A DNA stretch of 64,000 nt from a virus (lineage: Duplodnaviria; Heunggongvirae; Uroviricota; Caudoviricetes), in the IMG/VR virus record IMGVR_UViG_2597490230_000001, positions 25,917 through 89,916 of that record. One strand, 5' to 3'. Shown here piece after piece: positions 27,224 through 36,172 of the stretch. The position numbers and the translations under genes are program-made. The first letter of the stretch is position 1; each line of letters opens with the position of its first letter. The notes below the pieces were generated by a model, which was not told the DNA's origin, made no database searches, and saw only the letters and a program-made list of their open reading frames with translations.

Positions 27224-29009
27224 CATCACGAGGAACACCTCCGTCGTCTTCCGGCTCAGCGCCAGGAATTGAGAACGGATTCTTAGCGTCGTATTCATCC
27301 TCAGTACGCTGTCTCAGGCGTCCTGTTACAGGATTGTACACAGTCGGAACAATGCCGGTCTGTCCGAAGTTTCGGTCTTTGAGAAGACGAATCTGGGACA
27401 AATTACGTGCATCGCCGTCAGCCTGTTTATTGCGCTCAAAACCAAGGATTAGTTGGCTGAAACGCATTAACGCTCGGCTACCTGTAAACTGTACTTCCTG
27501 AACCTGACCACCCTCTTCGTGCGGAGCACCAGTTTTTGGTGGGTTCAAGTGAGAGAATACGAAGCAAGTGAAGTTCAACTCATTACACAGACCAGCCAGT
27601 TCAACGGCAATCTTTGCAACTTCAGTGTTGATTTCAGTCGCTGAGAGATGAGAAACCAGAGCGGTGATGTTGTCCAAGAAGATGAACTTAACACCATGCT
27701 CTACCACCCAGAAACGCATACAACGTTTGATATCTTCCCAATCGTTTTGACCGAAGTTACGGTACAAGAACAGTTGACCATCATACTTCATGGCCTCGTT
27801 CTTCAACAGGTCGGGGTCGAAATCTACGTCTGGACGGTGGAAAGGAATGTTCGCTGATTTACCAGCGATGTTCTTGATGGTGTTACCCACGGTCTCTTCG
27901 AGCATGAAAGCTCCGACCTTGTGCTTGTGTACGTTAATGATATGAGACGCAATCTCGTGTGCGAGAAGAGTCTTGCCACCACCTACACCACCACCAATAG
28001 AAATTACTTCACCGAATCGAAGACCAAAGGTCAGGTTGGTCAGACCTTCCCAAGGGAAAGACAGACCCCACTCTGGCTTCTTCAGAGCATCTTCCAAGCA
28101 TTCAGCTACAGTTGCAGAACCTGCTGGAGATTCTTTAGCTGCATTGAAACGCAGGATGTTGTTCAGCTCTAAATTACGGCCTTCCATCAGAAGGTCATTG
28201 GCATCCTTTACAGGAGAACCATCCTTCTTCAAGCCCTTTGGAATACGTGCAATCTTCACGTTCGGATACATAGCACGAATCGTGTTTACAGCATCATCAC
28301 CAGCCTCATCATTATCCATACAGACAACGATTTCAGCGAATGAATCAACGAACTGCCGGTTACGAGCTAAAGCCGAAGCTGCTGATTTAGAACCATCAGG
28401 CAACGACACACACGCTGGCTTATAAGTTGATTTGCTGTTCTCAACCAACACCTGGAAACCAGACATTGCACTGAGTTCATCTTCGAAGATAAACAGCTTC
28501 TGAGAATAAACATCACCCATTCGTGCTTGGCTGATACCAAACAGGTCACAACCACTACCAGAACCTACAGCATAAAAGCTTTTAGGATTCAGGATACGAA
28601 CTTTGTACGCCATGATAACACCATCTTTCTCCTTCGGGTAGAAGTGAGAAATAGGTTCACGGTTTGTGGATGAAAGTCCAACTCGAACGCCATAACGTTC
28701 AGCAACATCTCGCTTAATACCACGAGAATCAAGAGCCATCATTGGTAACTCACGCACCTGAGACAGCGCTGCTTCACGTTCCTCTTCTGTCAGTTCACGA
28801 TATTCTGTACGAACACCTTCCCATTCAGATTTGTTACCTTCGTCAATCTTTTCGTAGAATCCATCACGGGAGCAATAGACCCACTGTTCTTGCGTTTCGT
28901 CGTTAATCCAGTGCTGGAGATGGTTACCAGTACGGTCACGACCTTCCGCTGTACAAACTGGGCACGGAGAGTCACCCAGAATGCGTTTGTTACCATAAGA
29001 CTTGCTCAT
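27207..29009 (-). CDS. DNA primase-helicase (T7 gp4-like)
   Basis: N-terminal Zn-ribbon (CPVC...C), TOPRIM (CMDNDEAGDDA), DnaB-like Walker A GGGVGGGKT, C-terminal acidic tail ending in F. Confidence 0.85.
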   Translation of the reverse strand: MSKSYGNKRILGDSPCPVCTAEGRDRTGNHLQHWINDETQEQWVYCSRDGFYEKIDEGNKSEWEGVRTEYRELTEEEREAALSQVRELPMMALDSRGIKRDVAERYGVRVGLSSTNREPISHFYPKEKDGVIMAYKVRILNPKSFYAVGSGSGCDLFGISQARMGDVYSQKLFIFEDELSAMSGFQVLVENSKSTYKPACVSLPDGSKSAASALARNRQFVDSFAEIVVCMDNDEAGDDAVNTIRAMYPNVKIARIPKGLKKDGSPVKDANDLLMEGRNLELNNILRFNAAKESPAGSATVAECLEDALKKPEWGLSFPWEGLTNLTFGLRFGEVISIGGGVGGGKTLLAHEIASHIINVHKHKVGAFMLEETVGNTIKNIAGKSANIPFHRPDVDFDPDLLKNEAMKYDGQLFLYRNFGQNDWEDIKRCMRFWVVEHGVKFIFLDNITALVSHLSATEINTEVAKIAVELAGLCNELNFTCFVFSHLNPPKTGAPHEEGGQVQEVQFTGSRALMRFSQLILGFERNKQADGDARNLSQIRLLKDRNFGQTGIVPTVYNPVTGRLRQRTEDEYDAKNPFSIPGAEPEDDGGVPRDDSRPF

Positions 29010-29056
29010 GACTTAATTCCCTTTTCCATGTCAAACAGCATTCCATTAATGCAGGA

Positions 29057-29560
29057 TTACTTGATAGTGCGAGTTTGGCCTTCTGCATTACAGACCGCAA
29101 CGCTCTGCAAGATTAGGACTTCATGTCCAAATTCCCGCACAAGCTGACGAGCTCTGGCTTCCGCATCTTCACGAGTAAAGAAACGACGACCATAAATTCC
29201 GCGCTGAGCTTCCATATAACGAGAACCAGTTGCGAAATCGATTCCATCACGGACAGTCTCATTACGCTGAACGAGCATCCACACTTTCCGAGCCTGGTCA
29301 ACTTTGATTTTGTCCAGTCGGATGCGCAGTGGTGGAGCACCCTCCAACCAGTTCACATGAGCCAGAGGAGTGCCAATACTGGACAAACTAAATCCAGAGA
29401 TTACACCCTTAGTGAAGTTGCTCAGAATCAGATTATTCTGAACAACAACCTTTTGGCCGATGTGATATTCAAAGTTTTCCAGTTCGCACTCTTCGACGAA
29501 TCCGTATTCAAACTTACCTTCGTCAGTACTCCAGACTACATTGATTTTACGCTTTGACAT
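29057..29560 (-). CDS. hypothetical protein
   Basis: 167 aa ORF. Confidence 0.5.
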   Translation of the reverse strand: MSKRKINVVWSTDEGKFEYGFVEECELENFEYHIGQKVVVQNNLILSNFTKGVISGFSLSSIGTPLAHVNWLEGAPPLRIRLDKIKVDQARKVWMLVQRNETVRDGIDFATGSRYMEAQRGIYGRRFFTREDAEARARQLVREFGHEVLILQSVAVCNAEGQTRTIK

Positions 29561-29580
29561 GCCAGCCTCTTTGCCGATAA

Positions 29581-30243
29581 TTACTCTGGAAGTTCGTTGT
29601 AGTAGTTAGGACGGTTGTGCAGACACCAGTCACCAGACTCTACACGATTTGCATCACCCTGGTCTTCATCAATGTGATAAATCCACGCCTTGAGGAATGA
29701 ACCATCTTCCATTTCAATTTCAACCTGGGTACGGTTGTAGAAGTTTGCAGTGCTGTCTTTTTCGTAATGACCCTCAAGGGCATCATACGCACCAGTAAGA
29801 CCTGCAAGAGGTGCTTCAAAAACATCTACAACAACAGGACAGCCTGATTTAGAAGCTGTCAGATTTACCGATGGGAAATATGCGCCTGAACCATAACGAT
29901 ACAGGTCGTAGTTCTCAACGGTTTTACCCAGACCTACGAACTCACCACCACCGCCAGCATTTACACGGAAGTTCTGCATACCACGACGCAGAGAACCATA
30001 AGTTGCGATGAAAGTTTTGCCCTCAGATGGGAAGATTACGTTTTTAACTACGTCAGTCATTTTCTTTTCCTGTTCAGGGATATAGTGTCGGAACTCGACA
30101 AAACGCCAAGTATTCATGTAATGCAGTGCGAGGCTTTTAGCCTCTTCGTACTGAAGGCCACTTCCAATTACGTGGCCATCTTCACCCTTGCCCATACGTC
30201 CAATGAGCATGAAGCGGTATTTTGGGTCGTTAAGATTTCCCAT
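29581..30243 (-). CDS. gamma-glutamyl cyclotransferase-like (AIG2/GGCT fold) protein with N-terminal extension
   Basis: FIATYGSLRRG motif. Confidence 0.45.
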   Translation of the reverse strand: MGNLNDPKYRFMLIGRMGKGEDGHVIGSGLQYEEAKSLALHYMNTWRFVEFRHYIPEQEKKMTDVVKNVIFPSEGKTFIATYGSLRRGMQNFRVNAGGGGEFVGLGKTVENYDLYRYGSGAYFPSVNLTASKSGCPVVVDVFEAPLAGLTGAYDALEGHYEKDSTANFYNRTQVEIEMEDGSFLKAWIYHIDEDQGDANRVESGDWCLHNRPNYYNELPE

Positions 30244-30404
30244 TCACAACCTTCCTACTATTGAGACTGTTGAGCAGGTTTCTGGAAAAATTAAAGGACA
30301 TTGTATCAAATACTCCGTCACCCTTAGGACCAGCTTTAACTGTTTTCTCTAAGTTTTCACGGAGCTTTCGCCCATTCTCTTCCATTTGAGCTTTGTGTTT
30401 TTCA

Positions 30405-30803
30405 TCAAACAGAGCCACTTTTACCCTCCGCCCAGATTGGCGACAGAGATTTCAAGAATGAAAACACTTCTTTATCACTCTTGAAACGTTTAATGCCTTT
30501 GTGACGTTGAATGCCTTCACCGACCGCTTGAATGTACTCAAACGCATCATCAAATGAGAAGAATTCAAACTCTTCACCACTGTATCGGTTCTTCGTTAAA
30601 CGCCAAGACAGTGTCGCATCGTAGTCACAATCAATGACGTACTCTGCGAATCGAATAAGGTCGCGGTAATAGCGATGGGTTAGTTCATCGGCGGCCTCTT
30701 CAAAATCACAGAAGTCATACGGCTCCTCTTCCAAGAAAGCATATAACTTACCCTGAATTACCAGAATTGTCATGTTAAAATCGCCGCAATGAATATAAAC
30801 CAA
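30405..30803 (-). CDS. hypothetical protein
   Basis: 132 aa ORF. Confidence 0.5.
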   Translation of the reverse strand: MVYIHCGDFNMTILVIQGKLYAFLEEEPYDFCDFEEAADELTHRYYRDLIRFAEYVIDCDYDATLSWRLTKNRYSGEEFEFFSFDDAFEYIQAVGEGIQRHKGIKRFKSDKEVFSFLKSLSPIWAEGKSGSV

Positions 30804-31157
30804 CCCCAGCCTTCACTTTTAGTTAGGGCTAGTACGAATGCCCCAAGGAGGGCTGCTAAAATGCAAATTGTACGCCAATCAGGCATCTTGACTTTTGACA
30901 TACACCCTCACTTGATGCTTACAGATACATCAAACACAGAAGTTGGACCATCGCCACAATTCATAATGTTACTACCAGTCATAACAACAACCTTTGTGAC
31001 TTTATGTTTTGCAGCGAATGCAGCAATGGCTTCCGTTAGTGCAGTATATGAATTCACATACCCAATATCATCACAAGACCTCATGTTTGGGGAAGTCAGG
31101 GAACAATACGGACCTTTACCGGCAATAACAGAATCAATCAGCTGCTTTTTGTTGATT

Positions 31158-31478
31158 TCATTCTTCGTCACAGTAGTGAACCTCAGCAACACGGGTCACT
31201 GATTTCTTAGTCGGGTTGATACTCGAACCTTGATACCAGCGAGAATCAGAAGAAAGTACATGACCAACCTCTGCTTCTTCAGCAGGCAGAATGGCCACAT
31301 TACAGGTTTCACCCATTGCATCTTTCATATGACTGAAAGGGTTCAGAGAGAAACGTTCGATTTTGTTACACACAGTAACTTTACAGAGACGCTGATTCTT
31401 CAGTTCATCTTTCAGGGATGCTGCTGAACCAAACGAAACGCCTAAACCAATTACTGCAACAAGTAAAGCCTTCTTCAT
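31158..31478 (-). CDS. secreted hypothetical protein
   Basis: N-terminal signal peptide MKKALLVAVIGLGVSFGSAAS. Confidence 0.5.
   Translation of the reverse strand: MKKALLVAVIGLGVSFGSAASLKDELKNQRLCKVTVCNKIERFSLNPFSHMKDAMGETCNVAILPAEEAEVGHVLSSDSRWYQGSSINPTKKSVTRVAEVHYCDEE
31165..31177 (-). repeat. copy of co-oriented 13-bp motif (ACTACTGTGACGA)
   Basis: Plus strand tcgtcacagtagt. Confidence 0.6.
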
Positions 31479-31682
31479 TTAATAATCACCTTTTCTTTTA
31501 AAGTTAGAACCTACGAGAGTCCCTCTACTTCTTATGGTAGAAGTAGATACTGAGAATTGATTTCCCGTCTTTGGATTAAAAACATCACAACTTGAAGACC
31601 AGCAATATAATATTACCAGATGTTGTCCAGTTTTACCATCCATTTTAACAACAAGCCCTGGGCACAGGAAAGTATCTTTCAT
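31479..31682 (-). CDS. hypothetical protein
   Basis: 67 aa ORF. Confidence 0.4.
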   Translation of the reverse strand: MKDTFLCPGLVVKMDGKTGQHLVILYCWSSSCDVFNPKTGNQFSVSTSTIRSRGTLVGSNFKRKGDY

Positions 31683-31892
31683 TCAACCTCCGAGCCACTG
31701 GCTCATTGTTTTTTCTATGTACTCACACTGAACGTCTGTTGCACCTGTGGAGAATTGTTCATGCAACATGCACTCCCAGAATGGGTTAAAAACCTCAATC
31801 CAAGTTGTTCCGTTTGAGAAGTGTGTTCTGTAGATAACACATCCATTGTTCCAAACAGAATCAATTGCTTTCTTCAGACGTTCATTTTCCAT
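31683..31892 (-). CDS. hypothetical protein
   Basis: 69 aa ORF. Confidence 0.4.
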   Translation of the reverse strand: MENERLKKAIDSVWNNGCVIYRTHFSNGTTWIEVFNPFWECMLHEQFSTGATDVQCEYIEKTMSQWLGG

Positions 31893-32159
31893 GAATACCT
31901 CAGATTACTATTTTAATAAATCTCTCACGAGAATCATCATAGGTGATTGAATCGATGCTGACATCATCTCTGTCAAGCTCTCTTGAGAAATCACCATCTT
32001 CATTGGTTACGATTACTGTTGCATCGCCTCCAACAGTTACGGACAGGTTCTCAAGTTTGATGATTAATTCATCCACGGTCATTGGTGGGCTCCTAGGGTG
32101 TCGCGCCCTACAGTTGTTGAAATTATCTCACTATGCTGTCCTACACAGGGAGTCCTAAT

Positions 32160-32245
32160 TGGTCGGGGAGTAGGAATCGAACCTACCTTGATTTCTTCGG
32201 AGCTTCACAGAGGTCTTGATTCGCCAACTACGTTGGTAACAAGTT
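32160..32245 (-). tRNA. tRNA-like element (T-arm plus acceptor 3' half plus CCA; no 5' half found)
   Basis: Minus strand reads GTAGGTTCGATTCCTACTCCCCGACCA in a 220-bp non-coding gap. Confidence 0.3.
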
Positions 32246-32317
32246 CCATACCGATGCCTGTCAATACCATACACCCGTATTTGACAAAGGCCACTCCGAA
32301 GAATGACCTTTAGCAAA

Positions 32318-32896
32318 TTACTCAGGCTTAGCCTTGAGCTTGACGACTCGTAACTGTTTGGTCTGAGCAGTGCGCTTGTATTCATCCAGAGAATCCGGAG
32401 ATACAGTCATAGCGCCCCAACCTTCAACACGAACATTAATACGAACCATCTTATCATACAACTCCTTGATTTGTGCTGGAGTTTCAATCTTATCACCCTG
32501 TACCTGGTTAACCACAACTACAGTTTTACCAGTGGATTTCAGACCTTTCTTCACAACACGAGCAGTTACATGATAACCAACAATTACCTCAGTTGTTTCA
32601 ATGTCAAGGAATTCATCAGTCAGGTCAATAATGTTGGCATCCTTACGACGACCAATATCATATACGCTGCCAACACGGAAATTGTCACCAATGTCATAGA
32701 CACGGATGCCAGTTAACTGAGAGCTTGCATATGCTTCTGCACTGCCATAGTTACGAACCATATAAGAATGCTGATTAGCAGACTGACGGACGTAGTTGCT
32801 ATGATAGGCATCATAGATTGACTTTAACTGAGCGAATACATCATCTTTCTCAGTGGAGATGGACATGATGTTGCCAGAATTAACAGTGATAAACAT
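32318..32896 (-). CDS. hypothetical protein
   Basis: 192 aa ORF directly downstream of a promoter-like motif. Confidence 0.55.
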   Translation of the reverse strand: MFITVNSGNIMSISTEKDDVFAQLKSIYDAYHSNYVRQSANQHSYMVRNYGSAEAYASSQLTGIRVYDIGDNFRVGSVYDIGRRKDANIIDLTDEFLDIETTEVIVGYHVTARVVKKGLKSTGKTVVVVNQVQGDKIETPAQIKELYDKMVRINVRVEGWGAMTVSPDSLDEYKRTAQTKQLRVVKLKAKPE

Positions 32897-32910
32897 GAGA
32901 ATATAGTTCC

Positions 32911-32932
32911 TTTATATTATGTGGATTTACTG
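32911..32932 (-). promoter_or_regulatory. conserved promoter-like motif CAGTAAATCCACATAATATAAA, 15 nt upstream of the RBS
   Basis: One of five or six near-identical copies; preceded by hairpin CTGTACAAagaTTGTACAG. Confidence 0.45.
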
Positions 32933-32953
32933 TACAATCTTTGTACAGGTCTA

Positions 32954-33475
32954 TTACAGACGAGTTACTACGTTTTCGTAAGTGGTTACAGCTTTGCGAG
33001 CCACTTTACCGTGCAGGCGACACCAGAAGAACTCACCGCCATGACGCTCAGCCATAGAGTGAGCAACAGCACGAGCCTGCTTTTCACTTTCCAGAACTAC
33101 ACGAGGTGGCAGGTTTGAAGTCGGACACCAGATGATGTATTTACCTGGAACATTATCGTCGTCTTTCTCTGGGATTGCTTTAGCACCATTGGGGCAAAGC
33201 TTCTCTTCTTTGTAAATGGACTTGCCATACAGGAAGCCCCAGAAGATATTATCACGGATGTGCTTCACAGTGACTGAGGCAGAGAGAAGTTTGTGATTGC
33301 GAACCTGGTGACCAGTGTGGTCAAGCAGTTTGAGATTAACACCAGAACCATCAGATTCAACCAGAATTACACCAGCTACACTGGAGCCTACGCGGATTTC
33401 TAAACGGTCACCACCACGAACAATGTGGTTTGTTGCGTCGCCGCGAGATGGAATCAGAGTGTGCTTAACGGTCAT
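32954..33475 (-). CDS. hypothetical protein
   Basis: 173 aa ORF. Confidence 0.5.
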   Translation of the reverse strand: MTVKHTLIPSRGDATNHIVRGGDRLEIRVGSSVAGVILVESDGSGVNLKLLDHTGHQVRNHKLLSASVTVKHIRDNIFWGFLYGKSIYKEEKLCPNGAKAIPEKDDDNVPGKYIIWCPTSNLPPRVVLESEKQARAVAHSMAERHGGEFFWCRLHGKVARKAVTTYENVVTRL

Positions 33476-33681
33476 TATTTACCTACCTTGGTAACTGCTT
33501 CGATGATGTGAGAAGGGAATGATGCAACCAACTGCATGTTGGATTGACCTTTATCGTTCACACCGCTTTCATAGAACTTGGTGTGAGCCGGGTCAATTTG
33601 AACCATATCCGCATGAAATGTCTGAGCTTTACGGTCAACCTCAGATTTCAGGAACTCTACTTTGTACTTAACCTTTGCCAT
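33475..33681 (-). CDS. hypothetical protein
   Basis: 68 aa ORF. Confidence 0.4.
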   Translation of the reverse strand: MAKVKYKVEFLKSEVDRKAQTFHADMVQIDPAHTKFYESGVNDKGQSNMQLVASFPSHIIEAVTKVGK

Positions 33682-33870
33682 TGTTAAACCTCAACGACTG
33701 ATTTGATTTGCTCTAACGGATAGAGCGCCACGGTATCATAGCGGCCTTCACCACTACGAATTGTTTCTTTCTCCAGGAGAACCTGCACTGATGCAGAATC
33801 TGTCCAGAGTTTAGTGCCGTTATGACGAACCTTCTCGTCATTGTACAGTGTTACTTCGTAGACTTTCATG

Positions 33871-34098
33871 TTACGACCACGCTGGTGTCATGTCCTTCAA
33901 GGCAAAGTCACGAACCTGGTCTTTATCCACGTCGAGCGCCTTCAGGAGCCACTGGTCCTCAGGATGCCACTCCGTGTGGCCGAACCAGATGTTGATAGGG
34001 ATGATTCTGCGTTCAGCAGTTTCACCACGATAGTTAGTATAGGTGACCCGGTGTGGAACACCGAGCACCATCAACTTAGGACGGTACTCGTTTGCCAT
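33871..34098 (-). CDS. hypothetical protein
   Basis: 75 aa ORF. Confidence 0.4.
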   Translation of the reverse strand: MANEYRPKLMVLGVPHRVTYTNYRGETAERRIIPINIWFGHTEWHPEDQWLLKALDVDKDQVRDFALKDMTPAWS

Positions 34099-34418
34099 TA
34101 GAAAGGTATCTTGTCGTCAAAGCCAATCATAGACTGAGCAATACGCTCAATCTCCCTGTCACGCATCTGCTGACGGAAGCACATTTTGTCATATATTTCA
34201 ATGACCTTTCGTACTTTATCATCGATGGTGATTTTAGGCTTCACATCGTCAATGAAATGAAGCCTTCGGAAAGGCATGACCAAGTACACAAACTTCGCAG
34301 CTTCAAGATTAGTGCGAAGGCATACTCGGTCACCATTGCTCAACTTATAATACACAGAGGTGCTCCAGAATTGTTGCGTCTGATGCCGCGACTGGAACCT
34401 CCCAGCCAACGATTTCAA
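34098..34418 (-). CDS. hypothetical protein
   Basis: 106 aa ORF. Confidence 0.45.
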   Translation of the reverse strand: MKSLAGRFQSRHQTQQFWSTSVYYKLSNGDRVCLRTNLEAAKFVYLVMPFRRLHFIDDVKPKITIDDKVRKVIEIYDKMCFRQQMRDREIERIAQSMIGFDDKIPF

Positions 34419-35604
34419 AGTGAGACATGTTTACATCGTACTTACCAACAGTGCGCTCACCGTCAACAGTGATTAAATAAACACCGTTGTTTTGGAGAGT
34501 TGGAGTGCTATTTGCCAACTGAACAGCACGTTCGCCATTACGACGGCTCTGGTTGCTTTGGGTACGGTTTACAGGAGTTGCCCGTAAGTTTTGTGCAGAA
34601 TCGCCGGACAGCGCAAAGTTTTCATCAGCAGCAACTTCTGGTTCAGGAGCCGGTGCTGGCGCTGGGGCAGGTGCAGCTTCACGCTGTAAAGTCTGACGAA
34701 CTGTACGTGGCTGGGCAGGAGGTGTGTTGTTCACTTCACGCTGAAGTTCGTCCAGAGAAGGGGCAGGCATCACCTCTTCAACTTCCTGACCGTTCAGGAG
34801 ACGCAGCACGTTTGATGCGAAGGTTGTCAGGTTAGTACCAGTCATACCCGGAGCAGTGTTCACTTCCAGAACCCACGCTTCTTCACGGCGAGTGATTACG
34901 TCAACTGCACCATAATCCAGACCCAGAGCCTGAATAGCTTTCAGCGCTTCACGCTTAGCTTCTTCATTAAGCTGAGCCATTTGGGTGGCATAAATCCAGC
35001 CGGTATGGTAGTTGCGAACTACGCCAGAATATTCCGGCATGTCAGCGTAACCATCACGACGCTTTTTCTGCTGAACGTAGGTGATTTTACCTTTCATGAC
35101 GTGAATACGGAACTCACGACGGTCTGCGGTAATACCACGAGTGTACAACTGGGCGCTTACCGCTGATTCAGAAGTCTGGACACCACCGATGTTTCCCAGG
35201 CTGGAAGGGTCGCGGTGACAGGCAACGATGCCCTCACCTGAATGGCCCTGGAGTCTTGTGCGGGCATAGACAAGTTCACCGTTGTCAACCCACTCTTGGG
35301 CGGTTGTGCGTGAAGTGGTGAAGTCGACAGTTTTGACTCCAGCATCTGCAAAAGTTCGGAAAGCGGTTGATTTATTGGAAGCGTTGCCAATGCGATGTCC
35401 TGGGTTGAGAACGGTAGCACGACCGATTACGTGAGAAGGCATGTTGGAATCACCATAGTTAATGATGATATCACCAGCACGGCCTGTGAAATTGGAGTTG
35501 TTGCGACGAATTTTAATCAGGTTGTCACCCTGGGCAGCCACTTCAACTTTCAGTGCATTTACAGTGTCAGAAGCCGCGTGAGACCAGATTGCTAAACGTG
35601 CCAT
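34345..35604 (-). CDS. ATP-grasp family ligase (RimK-like) with Pro/Ala linker and C-terminal extension
   Basis: REFRIHVMKGK and GLDYGAVDVI...VLEVNTAPGM ATP-grasp signatures; APAPAPAPAPEPE linker. Confidence 0.6.
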   Translation of the reverse strand: MARLAIWSHAASDTVNALKVEVAAQGDNLIKIRRNNSNFTGRAGDIIINYGDSNMPSHVIGRATVLNPGHRIGNASNKSTAFRTFADAGVKTVDFTTSRTTAQEWVDNGELVYARTRLQGHSGEGIVACHRDPSSLGNIGGVQTSESAVSAQLYTRGITADRREFRIHVMKGKITYVQQKKRRDGYADMPEYSGVVRNYHTGWIYATQMAQLNEEAKREALKAIQALGLDYGAVDVITRREEAWVLEVNTAPGMTGTNLTTFASNVLRLLNGQEVEEVMPAPSLDELQREVNNTPPAQPRTVRQTLQREAAPAPAPAPAPEPEVAADENFALSGDSAQNLRATPVNRTQSNQSRRNGERAVQLANSTPTLQNNGVYLITVDGERTVGKYDVNMSHFEIVGWEVPVAASDATILEHLCVL

Positions 35605-35644
35605 TTTGTATTTACCTTTTCATCTATTGGTTGGGAAGAATCTA

Positions 35645-35668
35645 CATTATAAGAGGCTCCGAAGAACC
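35645..35668 (-). terminator. hairpin terminator with TTCG loop
   Basis: agaggttc-ttcg-gagcctct on the minus strand. Confidence 0.4.
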
Positions 35669-35681
35669 TCTGAAATATAGA

Positions 35682-35933
35682 CTACGGACCTTTCAAGGCA
35701 AGAAGGCTTGCGACGATATCACGGTTCTTGGTTTTAAGACCCGCAATTTCATCATCGATAAGGCTGTAGTGATAGGTGAGCATCATAAGTGAAAGTTCGC
35801 CATTCGTATGGGAAATCATCTGATTGACGTAATACAACTTCTCTTCAAGAAGCTCACCAATACGCTTGAGGTTGTCTTTGCAGAGAGCATCACTCTCTGC
35901 TTTCAACTCCTTCATTACATCCTTATCGGACAT
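35682..35933 (-). CDS. hypothetical protein
   Basis: 83 aa ORF. Confidence 0.45.
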   Translation of the reverse strand: MSDKDVMKELKAESDALCKDNLKRIGELLEEKLYYVNQMISHTNGELSLMMLTYHYSLIDDEIAGLKTKNRDIVASLLALKGP

Positions 35934-36163
35934 TAGACCTTGATACCTTTTAGTCGGCAGTAATCGGCCAGCATCATGTGGATTGACACTGGATAAGGGA
36001 TGGCCACTTTGACTCCCTTCTGCTCTTCATGGAGACGGACTTGGTAGTCACGTACCGCTCGGAGCATATCTGAACCAAAATCGGTCATGGGCACTTTACG
36101 TACTACAACCGGGTTGTCCAGGCGGAGCATTTTAACTTCTTTCATTGAATTATCCATATTCAT
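35933..36163 (-). CDS. hypothetical protein
   Basis: 76 aa ORF. Confidence 0.45.
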   Translation of the reverse strand: MNMDNSMKEVKMLRLDNPVVVRKVPMTDFGSDMLRAVRDYQVRLHEEQKGVKVAIPYPVSIHMMLADYCRLKGIKV

Positions 36164-36172
36164 CTTTACCTA

